Shown here: positions 46,226 through 54,331 of the stretch, one piece after another | Layout: the number at the start of each line of letters is the position of its first letter | How positions within the stretch are numbered: the stretch's first letter is position 1 | Source of the DNA: a virus | Virus record (IMG/VR): IMGVR_UViG_3300029698_000133 | Coordinates: 8,559 to 72,558 of that record | Strand: one strand, 5' to 3' | Length of the DNA: 64,000 bases | The notes under the pieces: generated by a model | Database searches by the model: none | What the model was told of the DNA's origin: nothing | Seen by the model: the letters and a program-made list of their open reading frames with translations, nothing else | Position numbers and translations under genes: made by a program

Positions 46226-46714
46226 TCAGTAGTCTTCTTCCTCATCGTAGTCGTCTTCGCAGTCGTCGTAGTCCTCTTCCTCATCGTAGTCGTCTTCGCA
46301 GTCGTCGTAGTCCTCTTCCTCATCGCAGCTGTCGTCCCAGTCTTCCGCCATATCGCGGTAATCCCACATATCCTTGGTGGGCTGGCTGCGAAGGTCGGGG
46401 TTCTGCTTGATGTAGTCGGCAACCGCACCCTCAAGGGTATCCAGAACCTTTTCGTAGGCATCCTCGCTGAAGATCTCCCAAAGGGCTACGGTCAGGCTGC
46501 TGATTTCTGCGTTGCCCTTGGCGATCAGGAACCGGGCCGCGGGGTTGCAGGTTTCTTTGCCGTAGCCCTGGTTGACCATGTCGCCGTCGTTGAAGAATCG
46601 GTACCCGATCCGTGCGGTGGCTCTGACCAGTTCTCCGGCGAGGCTATCCGCCTTGCCGCTCGTGGGAACCAGTTCCTCGAAAAGCTTATTGATGCGGTTT
46701 TCATTCTTCGTCAT
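46226..46714 (-). CDS. acidic protein with C-terminal D/E/Y/C-rich tandem repeats
   Basis: C-terminus DYDDCEDDYDEEEDY encoded by about 2.5 copies of a 42-bp tandem repeat (46226-46330); RBS GGAGGATACAAAA. Confidence 0.5.
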   Translation of the reverse strand: MTKNENRINKLFEELVPTSGKADSLAGELVRATARIGYRFFNDGDMVNQGYGKETCNPAARFLIAKGNAEISSLTVALWEIFSEDAYEKVLDTLEGAVADYIKQNPDLRSQPTKDMWDYRDMAEDWDDSCDEEEDYDDCEDDYDEEEDYDDCEDDYDEEEDY

Positions 46715-46759
46715 TTTTGTATCCTCCAGCGTGTTTTTTGTGTTTTCCGTGGGTTTTTC

Positions 46760-46848
46760 CCTTTCGGTATGCACATATTACCGTCACTTTCGCACACTAT
46801 CAAGCGGCTATGATACACGATCATTCGCCCCTAGATTTGTGTACATTC
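46760..46848 (-). promoter_or_regulatory. repeat cassette copy 4 (TTGATA-17-TAATAT; leader GGGAAAAACCC)
   Basis: Homologous. Confidence 0.6.
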
Positions 46849-46918
46849 AGGCGGTATGACATTGGACGGACACGAGCAAAAGGCCGGTTTCCCAGCCCCT
46901 TGCCCCTATCCGTCCGGT

Positions 46919-47179
46919 TTACTTGCGGATTTCGAGGTAGCTTGTATTGCCCCAGCAATCGGTGGTCTTGAACCGCACCTTCTGTTCGGTTTCCCGGTCG
47001 AGGGCAACCTTCTTCAGAAGTTTCATCTTCTGGATGCGCCGCAGAAGGTCTGCTGCGTTCTCGGCATCTTCGATGGCATCCTGGATCTCGACCACCGAGC
47101 AGTCGGTGCCGTACCAAAGATTGCTGAGTGCCTCCGGAATGCCGTTGGCAGTGAAAAGTCGGATGTTCGTGTAGGTCAT
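46919..47179 (-). CDS. hypothetical protein (about 86 aa)
   Basis: RBS AGGAAGATAAACACC. Confidence 0.45.
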   Translation of the reverse strand: MTYTNIRLFTANGIPEALSNLWYGTDCSVVEIQDAIEDAENAADLLRRIQKMKLLKKVALDRETEQKVRFKTTDCWGNTSYLEIRK

Positions 47180-47199
47180 GGTGTTTATCTTCCTTCGTT

Positions 47200-47290
47200 T
47201 TTGTGATTGTATATTACCGTCACTCAAGGGTGATAGCAAGCGGCTAATGTACACGATCATCTAGCCCAGCACTCCGGAAAATGTGTCACT
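47200..47290 (-). promoter_or_regulatory. repeat cassette copy 5 (TTGCTA-17-TAATAT)
   Basis: Homologous. Confidence 0.6.
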
Positions 47291-47840
47291 TTGCGCCGTC
47301 GTGGTATTCCTCGATATACTGCCTTCCGTCCGGTTCGGTGACCACCGCAGGGTAGCGCACACGGCTGCCGTGCCGGGTCAGGAGCTCGGCGGCAAGGTCT
47401 GCAAGTTCTCCGAGGATCTCCATGTTCCATTGGAGGTCGTCATCCTCCGCCATGACCTTGCAGAATTCATACGCAGCGTTGTAGATCTCATCGTTGCGGG
47501 CACTCTGGGCATCCGAAAGCTCCAGTTCCTCGTCCGTCTCCGGCGCCGTGGATTTCGGGCACTCTGCCCAGCGCCCTTCGTAGGTCTCGCCAGCCTCACA
47601 GCCGTCGGCGTCGTATTCGTTGACCCGAACCCACCGGTTCGACTGGAACACTCGCTCGGTGATGCCGTTCTTCCGGATGCTGAGCATCACCTTCTCCCCA
47701 TTTTCATTGACACCCCACAGGGCATCCGGGTAATCCCCGAACTCCTGAATCATCTGACGGCGAGTGGCAAGGTCGCCAAAATTGGCGGCCAATACATTGA
47801 GCCGGATCGTGTCCAGCTTCTTGTCCAGTTCCATTTTCAT
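47286..47840 (-). CDS. hypothetical protein (184 aa)
   Basis: RBS AAAGGGGAGAACGAAC; stop overlaps the next cassette. Confidence 0.5.
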   Translation of the reverse strand: MKMELDKKLDTIRLNVLAANFGDLATRRQMIQEFGDYPDALWGVNENGEKVMLSIRKNGITERVFQSNRWVRVNEYDADGCEAGETYEGRWAECPKSTAPETDEELELSDAQSARNDEIYNAAYEFCKVMAEDDDLQWNMEILGELADLAAELLTRHGSRVRYPAVVTEPDGRQYIEEYHDGAK

Positions 47841-47857
47841 GTTCGTTCTCCCCTTTC

Positions 47858-48064
47858 TCAAAATTCCAAGGTTTCCAGAACCTCGTCCGTGCCGGTCTCC
47901 CAGTCGTGGCGGGTCAGGCGGATGCGGCTGTACATCTCGGCGCTGTCCGGCTCATCGAAAAGCCGGAAGCATTCTCTGGCAACCCCCTCATCGGTGTACT
48001 GCTGGGTCTCGTCGGGCTGGCCGTCCAGCCGGGTGAAGGTGATCTCGTAGGTGTAGCGTTCCAT
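47858..48064 (-). CDS. hypothetical protein (68 aa), coupled to the downstream gene
   Basis: ATGA overlap with gene 47286-47840. Confidence 0.45.
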   Translation of the reverse strand: MERYTYEITFTRLDGQPDETQQYTDEGVARECFRLFDEPDSAEMYSRIRLTRHDWETGTDEVLETLEF

Positions 48065-48084
48065 GTTTTTTCCTTCCTTTCCGT

Positions 48085-48185
48085 TTCGGTATGTGCATAT
48101 TACCGTCGTTTCGGCATAATAGCAAGGCCATAAAACGTCATATTATCGACGATCATCAGCCCATATCTTTGGTGGATCTATGTCG
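48085..48185 (-). promoter_or_regulatory. repeat cassette copy 6 (TTGCTA-17-TAATAT)
   Basis: Homologous. Confidence 0.6.
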
Positions 48186-48825
48186 ATAAATGGCCTTGAT
48201 AAATATGGTATCGGCTTTCATTGTAATGTGCCGTTCTGCCGTAGTTTGCGTGGTTGCCGGCGTACCAGATGTCGGCAAGCTCGGTCATGGTCGTCGGCTT
48301 TCTCTTGTTCAGCTGGTCAAGGAATCGGGGGTCGACCACTCGGTAGTACTGTCCGGTTCTGCCTGCATCGATGCGAATCGCTCTGCCGATCTGTTCTTCG
48401 TGGGCGGCCATGATGTTGACCAGATTCCGCAGGGTCTTGGGGGTGTGGTTGCCCTTGCCGATGTGGATGTGAACGCCGCATCCCCGGCTGGGGCTGGACT
48501 TTGCGCCAGCCTTGCGGAGCAGTCGGATGATCGCCTGCAAGGTCTCGATATCCTCGTAGGTAAGGATGGGGGTCACCATCTCGCACTTTTCAGCTTCCGG
48601 TCCGTGGATGCTGATGTCTCGCTGGAATTTCCAAACCCTGCCCTGCTGGTCCTTGCAAGCCCAGCTCATGTACCCGTACTCGCCGGCTGCGTACCATGCG
48701 GTCGTCCCGAAGAACTCGGCAACCTTTCTGGCGGCTTTCTCGCGGGTGATGTTGTTCATCTCAACCTCGACCCCGATGGTCTGCATCTTCATGGCTTCGA
48801 TCTGCTCTCTGGTCTTATCGTTCAT
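48178..48825 (-). CDS. amidoligase-family protein (Amidoligase_2 / glutamine-synthetase-like)
   Basis: N-terminal TIGVEVEMNNITREKAARKVAEFFG and CGVHIHIG blocks typical of the phage/plasmid putative-amidoligase family; RBS AAGGAGATAAACACC. Confidence 0.55.
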   Translation of the reverse strand: MNDKTREQIEAMKMQTIGVEVEMNNITREKAARKVAEFFGTTAWYAAGEYGYMSWACKDQQGRVWKFQRDISIHGPEAEKCEMVTPILTYEDIETLQAIIRLLRKAGAKSSPSRGCGVHIHIGKGNHTPKTLRNLVNIMAAHEEQIGRAIRIDAGRTGQYYRVVDPRFLDQLNKRKPTTMTELADIWYAGNHANYGRTAHYNESRYHIYQGHLST

Positions 48826-48859
48826 GGTGTTTATCTCCTTTTGTCTTGTTCTGTTCCCC

Positions 48860-48958
48860 TTGCGGTATGTGCATATTACCGTCATGTGGGCAGGATATCA
48901 AGGCCATAAAGGGTCAAATAATCACCGATCATTCAGAGCAAAGATCGTGTACATTATG
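48860..48958 (-). promoter_or_regulatory. repeat cassette copy 7 (TTGATA-17-TAATAT; leader GGGGAACAG)
   Basis: Homologous. Confidence 0.6.
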
Positions 48959-49056
48959 GTGAAAAACACACTTGATACTGTACATTTTCAGAGTTAATAT
49001 CGGTACAATGGAAGAAGCTCTCGCTTATCCAGCGGCCCCCATAAGGGGTCAGGAGC

Positions 49057-50205
49057 TTACGCTCCCGCCTCCTGCGCCTGGGGTGCGCCGTCAGCCCCAC
49101 AGTCGGGCTGTGTGGGGGCTTCCGCTGCCGCTTCGGCCGTTTCCTCGGCGGCAGAAACGCCGCCGTGTGTCGCCTGTTTTGCGACTTTCAGCGCATCTCG
49201 TTTTGCCTTTTCCTTGACCCGGAACTTTTCGGCATCTTCCTTGGTGCGGAATGCCGCATGACCGGTAAGGTTCTGCATCAGGAGCTTGCGGATGGTCTTG
49301 TGTTCATCCCCGTTCAGACCCAGTCGGATCAGCCAGATGCGAAGTGCGTACTTCTCATTGGCATCGTTGACGGTCTTTGCCTGAATCCGCTTTTGGGTAA
49401 CTGCCATCCGGTTCATAGCGGAACAAAGTTCTGTGTATGCACTCACCTTCTCCTGCGTCAGCGGACCGGCAAAGGTCAGGCTGATTTTTTCTGCCGTGAT
49501 AGAGATTCCAGTCATGCCGGTTGTGCCGGCACCCAGGCGGTACTCTTCCAGCTCATCCAGCATCTCCTCCACCGTGCGGGTAGATGCCTGTTCCACGGCA
49601 TCCAGCAGGCTGTTCGATACCGAGAAGTTCGTGCCCATTGCTTTGTTCAACAAAGGACCGCGGCTGTACATCAGGTTCAGGAAGTTGCGGATGCTCTGGG
49701 CGGTATGCCCAGACATCGGAAGGCTGATGGTCAGCTCGTCCACATCCTGCAAGGTCGGCTGTTCGGTCGGAACAGGTGCCTCGTCCGCATCGGTGTCGTT
49801 CACGGTGTCCATCGACTCATCCACGTCCACCGGTTCCTGAGCTTCCGGGGATTCCTCGGCAGTTGCGCCCGGTTCCACGGTGGGCTGGGTATCTTCGGTG
49901 CCGTCCACAGTCTCATCTGACTCTTCACACTCCGATTCCGTGGCCTCCCCACAGGTGGCTTCCGTTTCCGGAGTCCCCGGGGTTTCCGCACCTTCCTCAC
50001 GGATGATGCCCTCGTCCAGCAGCGTCCGGATGATCTCCGGCGCAGCGCTGTCTTCGATCACAAGCGTTCCCTCCTTTTCTACGGTGTAGCTGCCGACGAT
50101 GTAAGCGCAGCGCAGCATGAAAGTGTACCGGGAATGAAGCCCGGTCAACTCCATCAGGCGGCTTACCAGAACCTTGCGGTCATCAATATTCAGTGCATAC
50201 TTTTT
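49057..50205 (-). CDS. hypothetical protein (about 382 aa) with central acidic Thr/Glu/Pro-rich linker
   Basis: RBS AAAGGGG before MKKYALN; no recognisable catalytic motif. Confidence 0.5.
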   Translation of the reverse strand, partial: KKYALNIDDRKVLVSRLMELTGLHSRYTFMLRCAYIVGSYTVEKEGTLVIEDSAAPEIIRTLLDEGIIREEGAETPGTPETEATCGEATESECEESDETVDGTEDTQPTVEPGATAEESPEAQEPVDVDESMDTVNDTDADEAPVPTEQPTLQDVDELTISLPMSGHTAQSIRNFLNLMYSRGPLLNKAMGTNFSVSNSLLDAVEQASTRTVEEMLDELEEYRLGAGTTGMTGISITAEKISLTFAGPLTQEKVSAYTELCSAMNRMAVTQKRIQAKTVNDANEKYALRIWLIRLGLNGDEHKTIRKLLMQNLTGHAAFRTKEDAEKFRVKEKAKRDALKVAKQATHGGVSAAEETAEAAAEAPTQPDCGADGAPQAQEAGA

Positions 50206-50229
50206 CATGGCTTTGTGCCCCTTTCTTTG

Positions 50230-50365
50230 TTTTCGGTAGCACATATATCGCTCTGAATCGATGAAATAGCAAGGCCATTTCTCGACATTCTTCATATTCG
50301 ACCTTTTACACGATCCGTGCAAAACACGACTGTGCAAGATCATCCGATATGTACGCCCACTGTAT
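50230..50365 (-). promoter_or_regulatory. repeat cassette copy 8 (degenerate)
   Basis: Retains the TTGCTA box and the GATCGTGTA upstream box. Confidence 0.4.
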
Positions 50366-50412
50366 CACGGGGTCATTCTAACCTCGCAATACGGTGGGCC
50401 GTTTTATTGGTT

Positions 50413-51219
50413 TCAGCCGGCTCTTGCTTCCAGCGCAGCGATGCGACGCTCAAACTCTGCCGCCTGGTTTTCCAGTGCTTCGAGTCTCTCGGCATCCGTC
50501 TTGGGCTTTTCCTCGGTTTCTCCGTCAAGGATCAGGTAGCGTTCCATGACATATCCGGGAATGGTGTCGTAGGTTACAGTACACCAGCCGTCTCCCTGCC
50601 CGGTCACATCCAGCCGGGCACCGTTGGGAATCCACGCCAGACGGTCAGAGGTCTTGGACGGAGCCTGACGCAGACTCAATCGACCACCTGTGACAGTCGC
50701 CTTGTTTCTGATCTCCTGCATCTTGACTTCGCTCATCTCTGCTTCCTCCCGAATCATTCCATAGTCGATGCCCTTCAGCCGGCCGCCATATCTCCACTTG
50801 CCGAGCATTGCATCCCGGTGGATGCTGTTGCCGTTCACTGTAGTAGAGCAATGTGTGATCTCCAGCGGATGCACCTTGGTGACAACGCCCACATGGTAGT
50901 AGTCCAGCAAATCATCGCCGACCTTGTAACGGTCTGGCAGACTATAGCTGCTGTCTCCCGGCTTTCGGGCTTTATAGATAACTTCGCCAACAAACAAATC
51001 TGCGGCTTTGATTTCTCCAAAGTCCGCCATTTGTTTCCGGGCTGCATAGTTGCTGCCGTGGATGCCTGTCCAGCTCCCACCAGCCCTGCGGACTGCGCCG
51101 ATGATAAGACCAATGCAGTCACAGGTACCATCCGTACCGCTGCCGCCGATGCGATAGTCCGGTTTCGTGGCACAGATGGTTTCGAGCTGCTCACGAAAAG
51201 CAGTCAGGGTGATGCTCAC
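50413..51219 (-). CDS. NlpC/P60 (C40) peptidase with C-terminal SH3b domain
   Basis: Catalytic Cys context GTCDCIGLI and His YHVGVV; SH3b-like TVTGGRLSLRQAP...GWCTV; GTG start 3 nt after the MTase stop. Confidence 0.65.
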   Translation of the reverse strand: MSITLTAFREQLETICATKPDYRIGGSGTDGTCDCIGLIIGAVRRAGGSWTGIHGSNYAARKQMADFGEIKAADLFVGEVIYKARKPGDSSYSLPDRYKVGDDLLDYYHVGVVTKVHPLEITHCSTTVNGNSIHRDAMLGKWRYGGRLKGIDYGMIREEAEMSEVKMQEIRNKATVTGGRLSLRQAPSKTSDRLAWIPNGARLDVTGQGDGWCTVTYDTIPGYVMERYLILDGETEEKPKTDAERLEALENQAAEFERRIAALEARAG

Positions 51220-53564
51220 TCCGATTCACTCCCATTCTCAGGCGATCCGGCCACCCAGACGATGCCGGACAGTACAAAAAAGACACACGGCAGTGCGACA
51301 CCATTGCCCCAGAGCTTATACTCTGCGGCATCCGAATACGGATCAGCCAGCCATTTCCGGATCTGCTTTTCCGTCTTCGGCTTCTTGGCCTGAGTCACAA
51401 GTCTGCGGTGCGTTTCAAACACATCCCGCCAGAAAGAGATTTCTTCTTCCGTGGGATTCTCAGTTTCGAGGTCACGGCACCACCAGTCCGGGAACCCCTG
51501 CAGCCGAGCGCACTCGGTCGGGGTCAGACGACGAACCGTATAGGACACTGGAACCGGCTGTGCGTCCGGGTTATCGATGACCAGCCGGTCATTGAAAGCG
51601 TCCTGCCCGTTGAAGCCGCTGGGATGTGCCCCGGTCGCCACCGTTCCCGACACGCCATCGTTCAGGTGCGGCACCGGTGCTATGGTGGCAGGGTCTTTAA
51701 AGTCCCGGGCCATAAGGGTGGGAGACACATTCTCCTCGATCCTCATGAAGGAGCCGGTGGTCATGGCGTAGACATCCTCCGGTGCGCAGACTGCGTGACG
51801 GTCAGTGGCATCCAGCGTAAAGCAGACATCTTCGTTGATGCCGTCGCCTTGCGGACCATTCTCGTCTTTGCGGCCGATCATGTTGCCCTGCAGCACGAAG
51901 GTCTGCATCTGGTCGCTTCGGGTCGCCATGAGCGCACCGGACTTTCCATGCAGGTCGATCAGCTCATTGCGCTGATTCACATGGAATGCCGTCACGTCAT
52001 CCGGCTGCGCCACAAAGGTCTGCTGTTTCATTCCCGGCTGTGCAGACAGCGAACCCGCTGTTTCGCCCAGATCCCGGACTTCATCCCGCTGGTTCTGGGT
52101 AAAGGCTACTGCCGGTGCGCCGCCATGGGTGCAGGCCAGAGGCGGTGCCACCTGTTCGTCTACCGTGCAGTTCGACTTGCCTCCACCCTGATCCACGCAG
52201 ACAACAGGTTCACAGATACACAGCCCGCCCTGATTGCAGGTCGGGTCACCGCCACTGCGATCCAGCGTCCGGGAAGTTTCCGCTTCATAGAATCCGCTGT
52301 GGGGGTTATCCGACATCATGGAATGGCTGGCTTTCGAGCAGACACCGTAGCACTTCGGGACGAATACAGTTTGGTCATTGTTGCAGCCGAGGGTGGCGGA
52401 CTTATCCTCCTGCCAGATGGCGCCCTTGCCGCCTCCTTCACACCCAGAGCGAATCTTCAGCGTGACGGCCGGCAAGTTTTCCACCCCTTCCCTACTGTTT
52501 TCTACGCCATCCAGAACCAGCGGAACATTGCCTCCACCCGTACCGCATCTGCTGGTCAGCGTCTGTACCTTGCCATCCCTTGCGATCTTCACCCGGCTAT
52601 CAGTCGGATGATTTTCCAGAGCGATGGCGGCAGGCACGACTCCGGCACGGAGGGTGGGAGAACGTTCTTCCTCATATCCGATGCTCCTCGCATTGGCGGA
52701 GTGTTCGGTACAAAAACCTGCGGATTCCAGAACGCAAGGCGGGTGATGTGCCTCTGCCTGGAGAGTGGAGGTCACCTCCTCGGTCACATCCATCCTCTCC
52801 CCGCCCTGGTCGTTCAGGCAGATTCTTCCGCAGCAGCCTGCCGTTCCAGTGCTGCCTTCAGCACCGGAGGCAGCTCTTTGCCACGCACGGAAGCTCTCCG
52901 CAGAATACCCAGACACGCCTTCGGACTCAAATAATATTTTGGGGGCACCGTGGTCTGCAAAATCTGCGACAAGGTAGATGCGTTTTCTCCTTTGGGGTAC
53001 GCCCCACCATTGAGCGTCAAGAACTCGATACGCGACGCTCCATCCGTCTCCCAGATAGTAATCCGCATCGGGCCAGCCTTTTTTGTCAGGTGCAGGCACC
53101 TCGGCGGACGGTTCCTTAACACCGATGACGGCTTCGAGGACGGCTTTGAAGTCCTGTCCTTTGTTTGAGGAGAAGGCCCCCGGCACGTTCTCCCACACGA
53201 TAAATCTTGGTTTTGCTCCATTGGTCTTACACCTCATTTCCTTCACGATGCGAATTGCTTCATAGAACAGGCTGGACCGTGAACCATCCAGACCGTCTCT
53301 TTTGCCGGCAATGGACATATCCTGACAAGGACTGCCAAAGGTGATGATGTCCACCGGCGGCAGGTCTGCGCCGTTGATGGCGGACACATCCCCGTAGTGC
53401 TTTACCTCCGGCAGACGCTTGGTCGTGACCCGGATGGCGAAGGGTTCCACTTCGCTGCTCCACAGCGGTGTGATACAACCTGTCAGTAAACCGCCCAAAG
53501 GAAAACCCCCGGAGCCATCAAAGAGGCTGCCGAGGGTCAGTTGGATATTCGATTCGGTGCTCAT
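51216..53564 (-). CDS. DNA (cytosine-5)-methyltransferase, unusually large (782 aa), possibly multispecific
   Basis: Motif I LFDGSGG, motif IV GSPCQDMS, motif VI ENV, C-terminal TVRRLTPTECARLQGFPDWW; about 450 aa between motifs VIII and IX. Confidence 0.85.
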   Translation of the reverse strand: MSTESNIQLTLGSLFDGSGGFPLGGLLTGCITPLWSSEVEPFAIRVTTKRLPEVKHYGDVSAINGADLPPVDIITFGSPCQDMSIAGKRDGLDGSRSSLFYEAIRIVKEMRCKTNGAKPRFIVWENVPGAFSSNKGQDFKAVLEAVIGVKEPSAEVPAPDKKGWPDADYYLGDGWSVAYRVLDAQWWGVPQRRKRIYLVADFADHGAPKILFESEGVSGYSAESFRAWQRAASGAEGSTGTAGCCGRICLNDQGGERMDVTEEVTSTLQAEAHHPPCVLESAGFCTEHSANARSIGYEEERSPTLRAGVVPAAIALENHPTDSRVKIARDGKVQTLTSRCGTGGGNVPLVLDGVENSREGVENLPAVTLKIRSGCEGGGKGAIWQEDKSATLGCNNDQTVFVPKCYGVCSKASHSMMSDNPHSGFYEAETSRTLDRSGGDPTCNQGGLCICEPVVCVDQGGGKSNCTVDEQVAPPLACTHGGAPAVAFTQNQRDEVRDLGETAGSLSAQPGMKQQTFVAQPDDVTAFHVNQRNELIDLHGKSGALMATRSDQMQTFVLQGNMIGRKDENGPQGDGINEDVCFTLDATDRHAVCAPEDVYAMTTGSFMRIEENVSPTLMARDFKDPATIAPVPHLNDGVSGTVATGAHPSGFNGQDAFNDRLVIDNPDAQPVPVSYTVRRLTPTECARLQGFPDWWCRDLETENPTEEEISFWRDVFETHRRLVTQAKKPKTEKQIRKWLADPYSDAAEYKLWGNGVALPCVFFVLSGIVWVAGSPENGSESE

Positions 53565-54331
53565 ACAGCCTCCTCTCCGAGCATCTGCTCTTTTGCTTTC
53601 AGGTAGAAGTCCCTGGACACTTCAAATCCGTAGCTGTCACGTCCCAGTTCTCTGGCCGCGCGGAGCGTTGCCCCGCTGCCGGCGCAAGGGTCGATGACCA
53701 CATCTCCGGGATCGGTAAAGATCTCGATCAGGCGTTTCAGCACGGACACCGGTTTCTGAGACGGATGAATCTTCGGATAGTCCTTGCCATCCCGTTTCCA
53801 GTCAAACCAATTGAAGATCATGTGGGACTTGCCGTCTTCACCGACGTTGTTGAACTTCGGGAGCTTGCCCCGGTAGAGGACCAGCGCATACTCCGTTGCA
53901 CCCACGATCTTCATGTTGGCTTTCAAGACCTGCGGGCTGTAGTTCTTACAGAAGGTCAGCGGGATATAGTTTTTGAATCCGTACTTCTCAGCTTCCGTGA
54001 TGACCTTGGGGATCTGCTGGAACGCACAGAACACGATCATGCACGGTGCGCCCTTTTTCCCTTTCATGGGTTCTTTCTTCAGCAGCCGGTTACAGAAATG
54101 GAAGTATTCTGCGATATTGAAAGTGAAGTCGGTGTTGAATGCCGCTTTCCGGGCCTTATCGCTCTCTCCGTTCCGGTTATCTCCGTCCACATACCAATCC
54201 GGGCGACTGGCGTAGAAGTCCGACCCGATGTTATACGGGATGTCGGCAATCACCAGCTGTGCCTTGGGGATGTTGTAGGACTTGAAGTTCTGGAAGTTGT
54301 CATGGAACAGGACACATCTGGGTTCAGTCAT
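53561..54331 (-). CDS. DNA methyltransferase (N6-adenine or N4-cytosine, beta class)
   Basis: Motif IV variant DIPYN precedes motif I DPCAGSGAT; RBS GGAGGACGCAG. Confidence 0.75.
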   Translation of the reverse strand: MTEPRCVLFHDNFQNFKSYNIPKAQLVIADIPYNIGSDFYASRPDWYVDGDNRNGESDKARKAAFNTDFTFNIAEYFHFCNRLLKKEPMKGKKGAPCMIVFCAFQQIPKVITEAEKYGFKNYIPLTFCKNYSPQVLKANMKIVGATEYALVLYRGKLPKFNNVGEDGKSHMIFNWFDWKRDGKDYPKIHPSQKPVSVLKRLIEIFTDPGDVVIDPCAGSGATLRAARELGRDSYGFEVSRDFYLKAKEQMLGEEAV

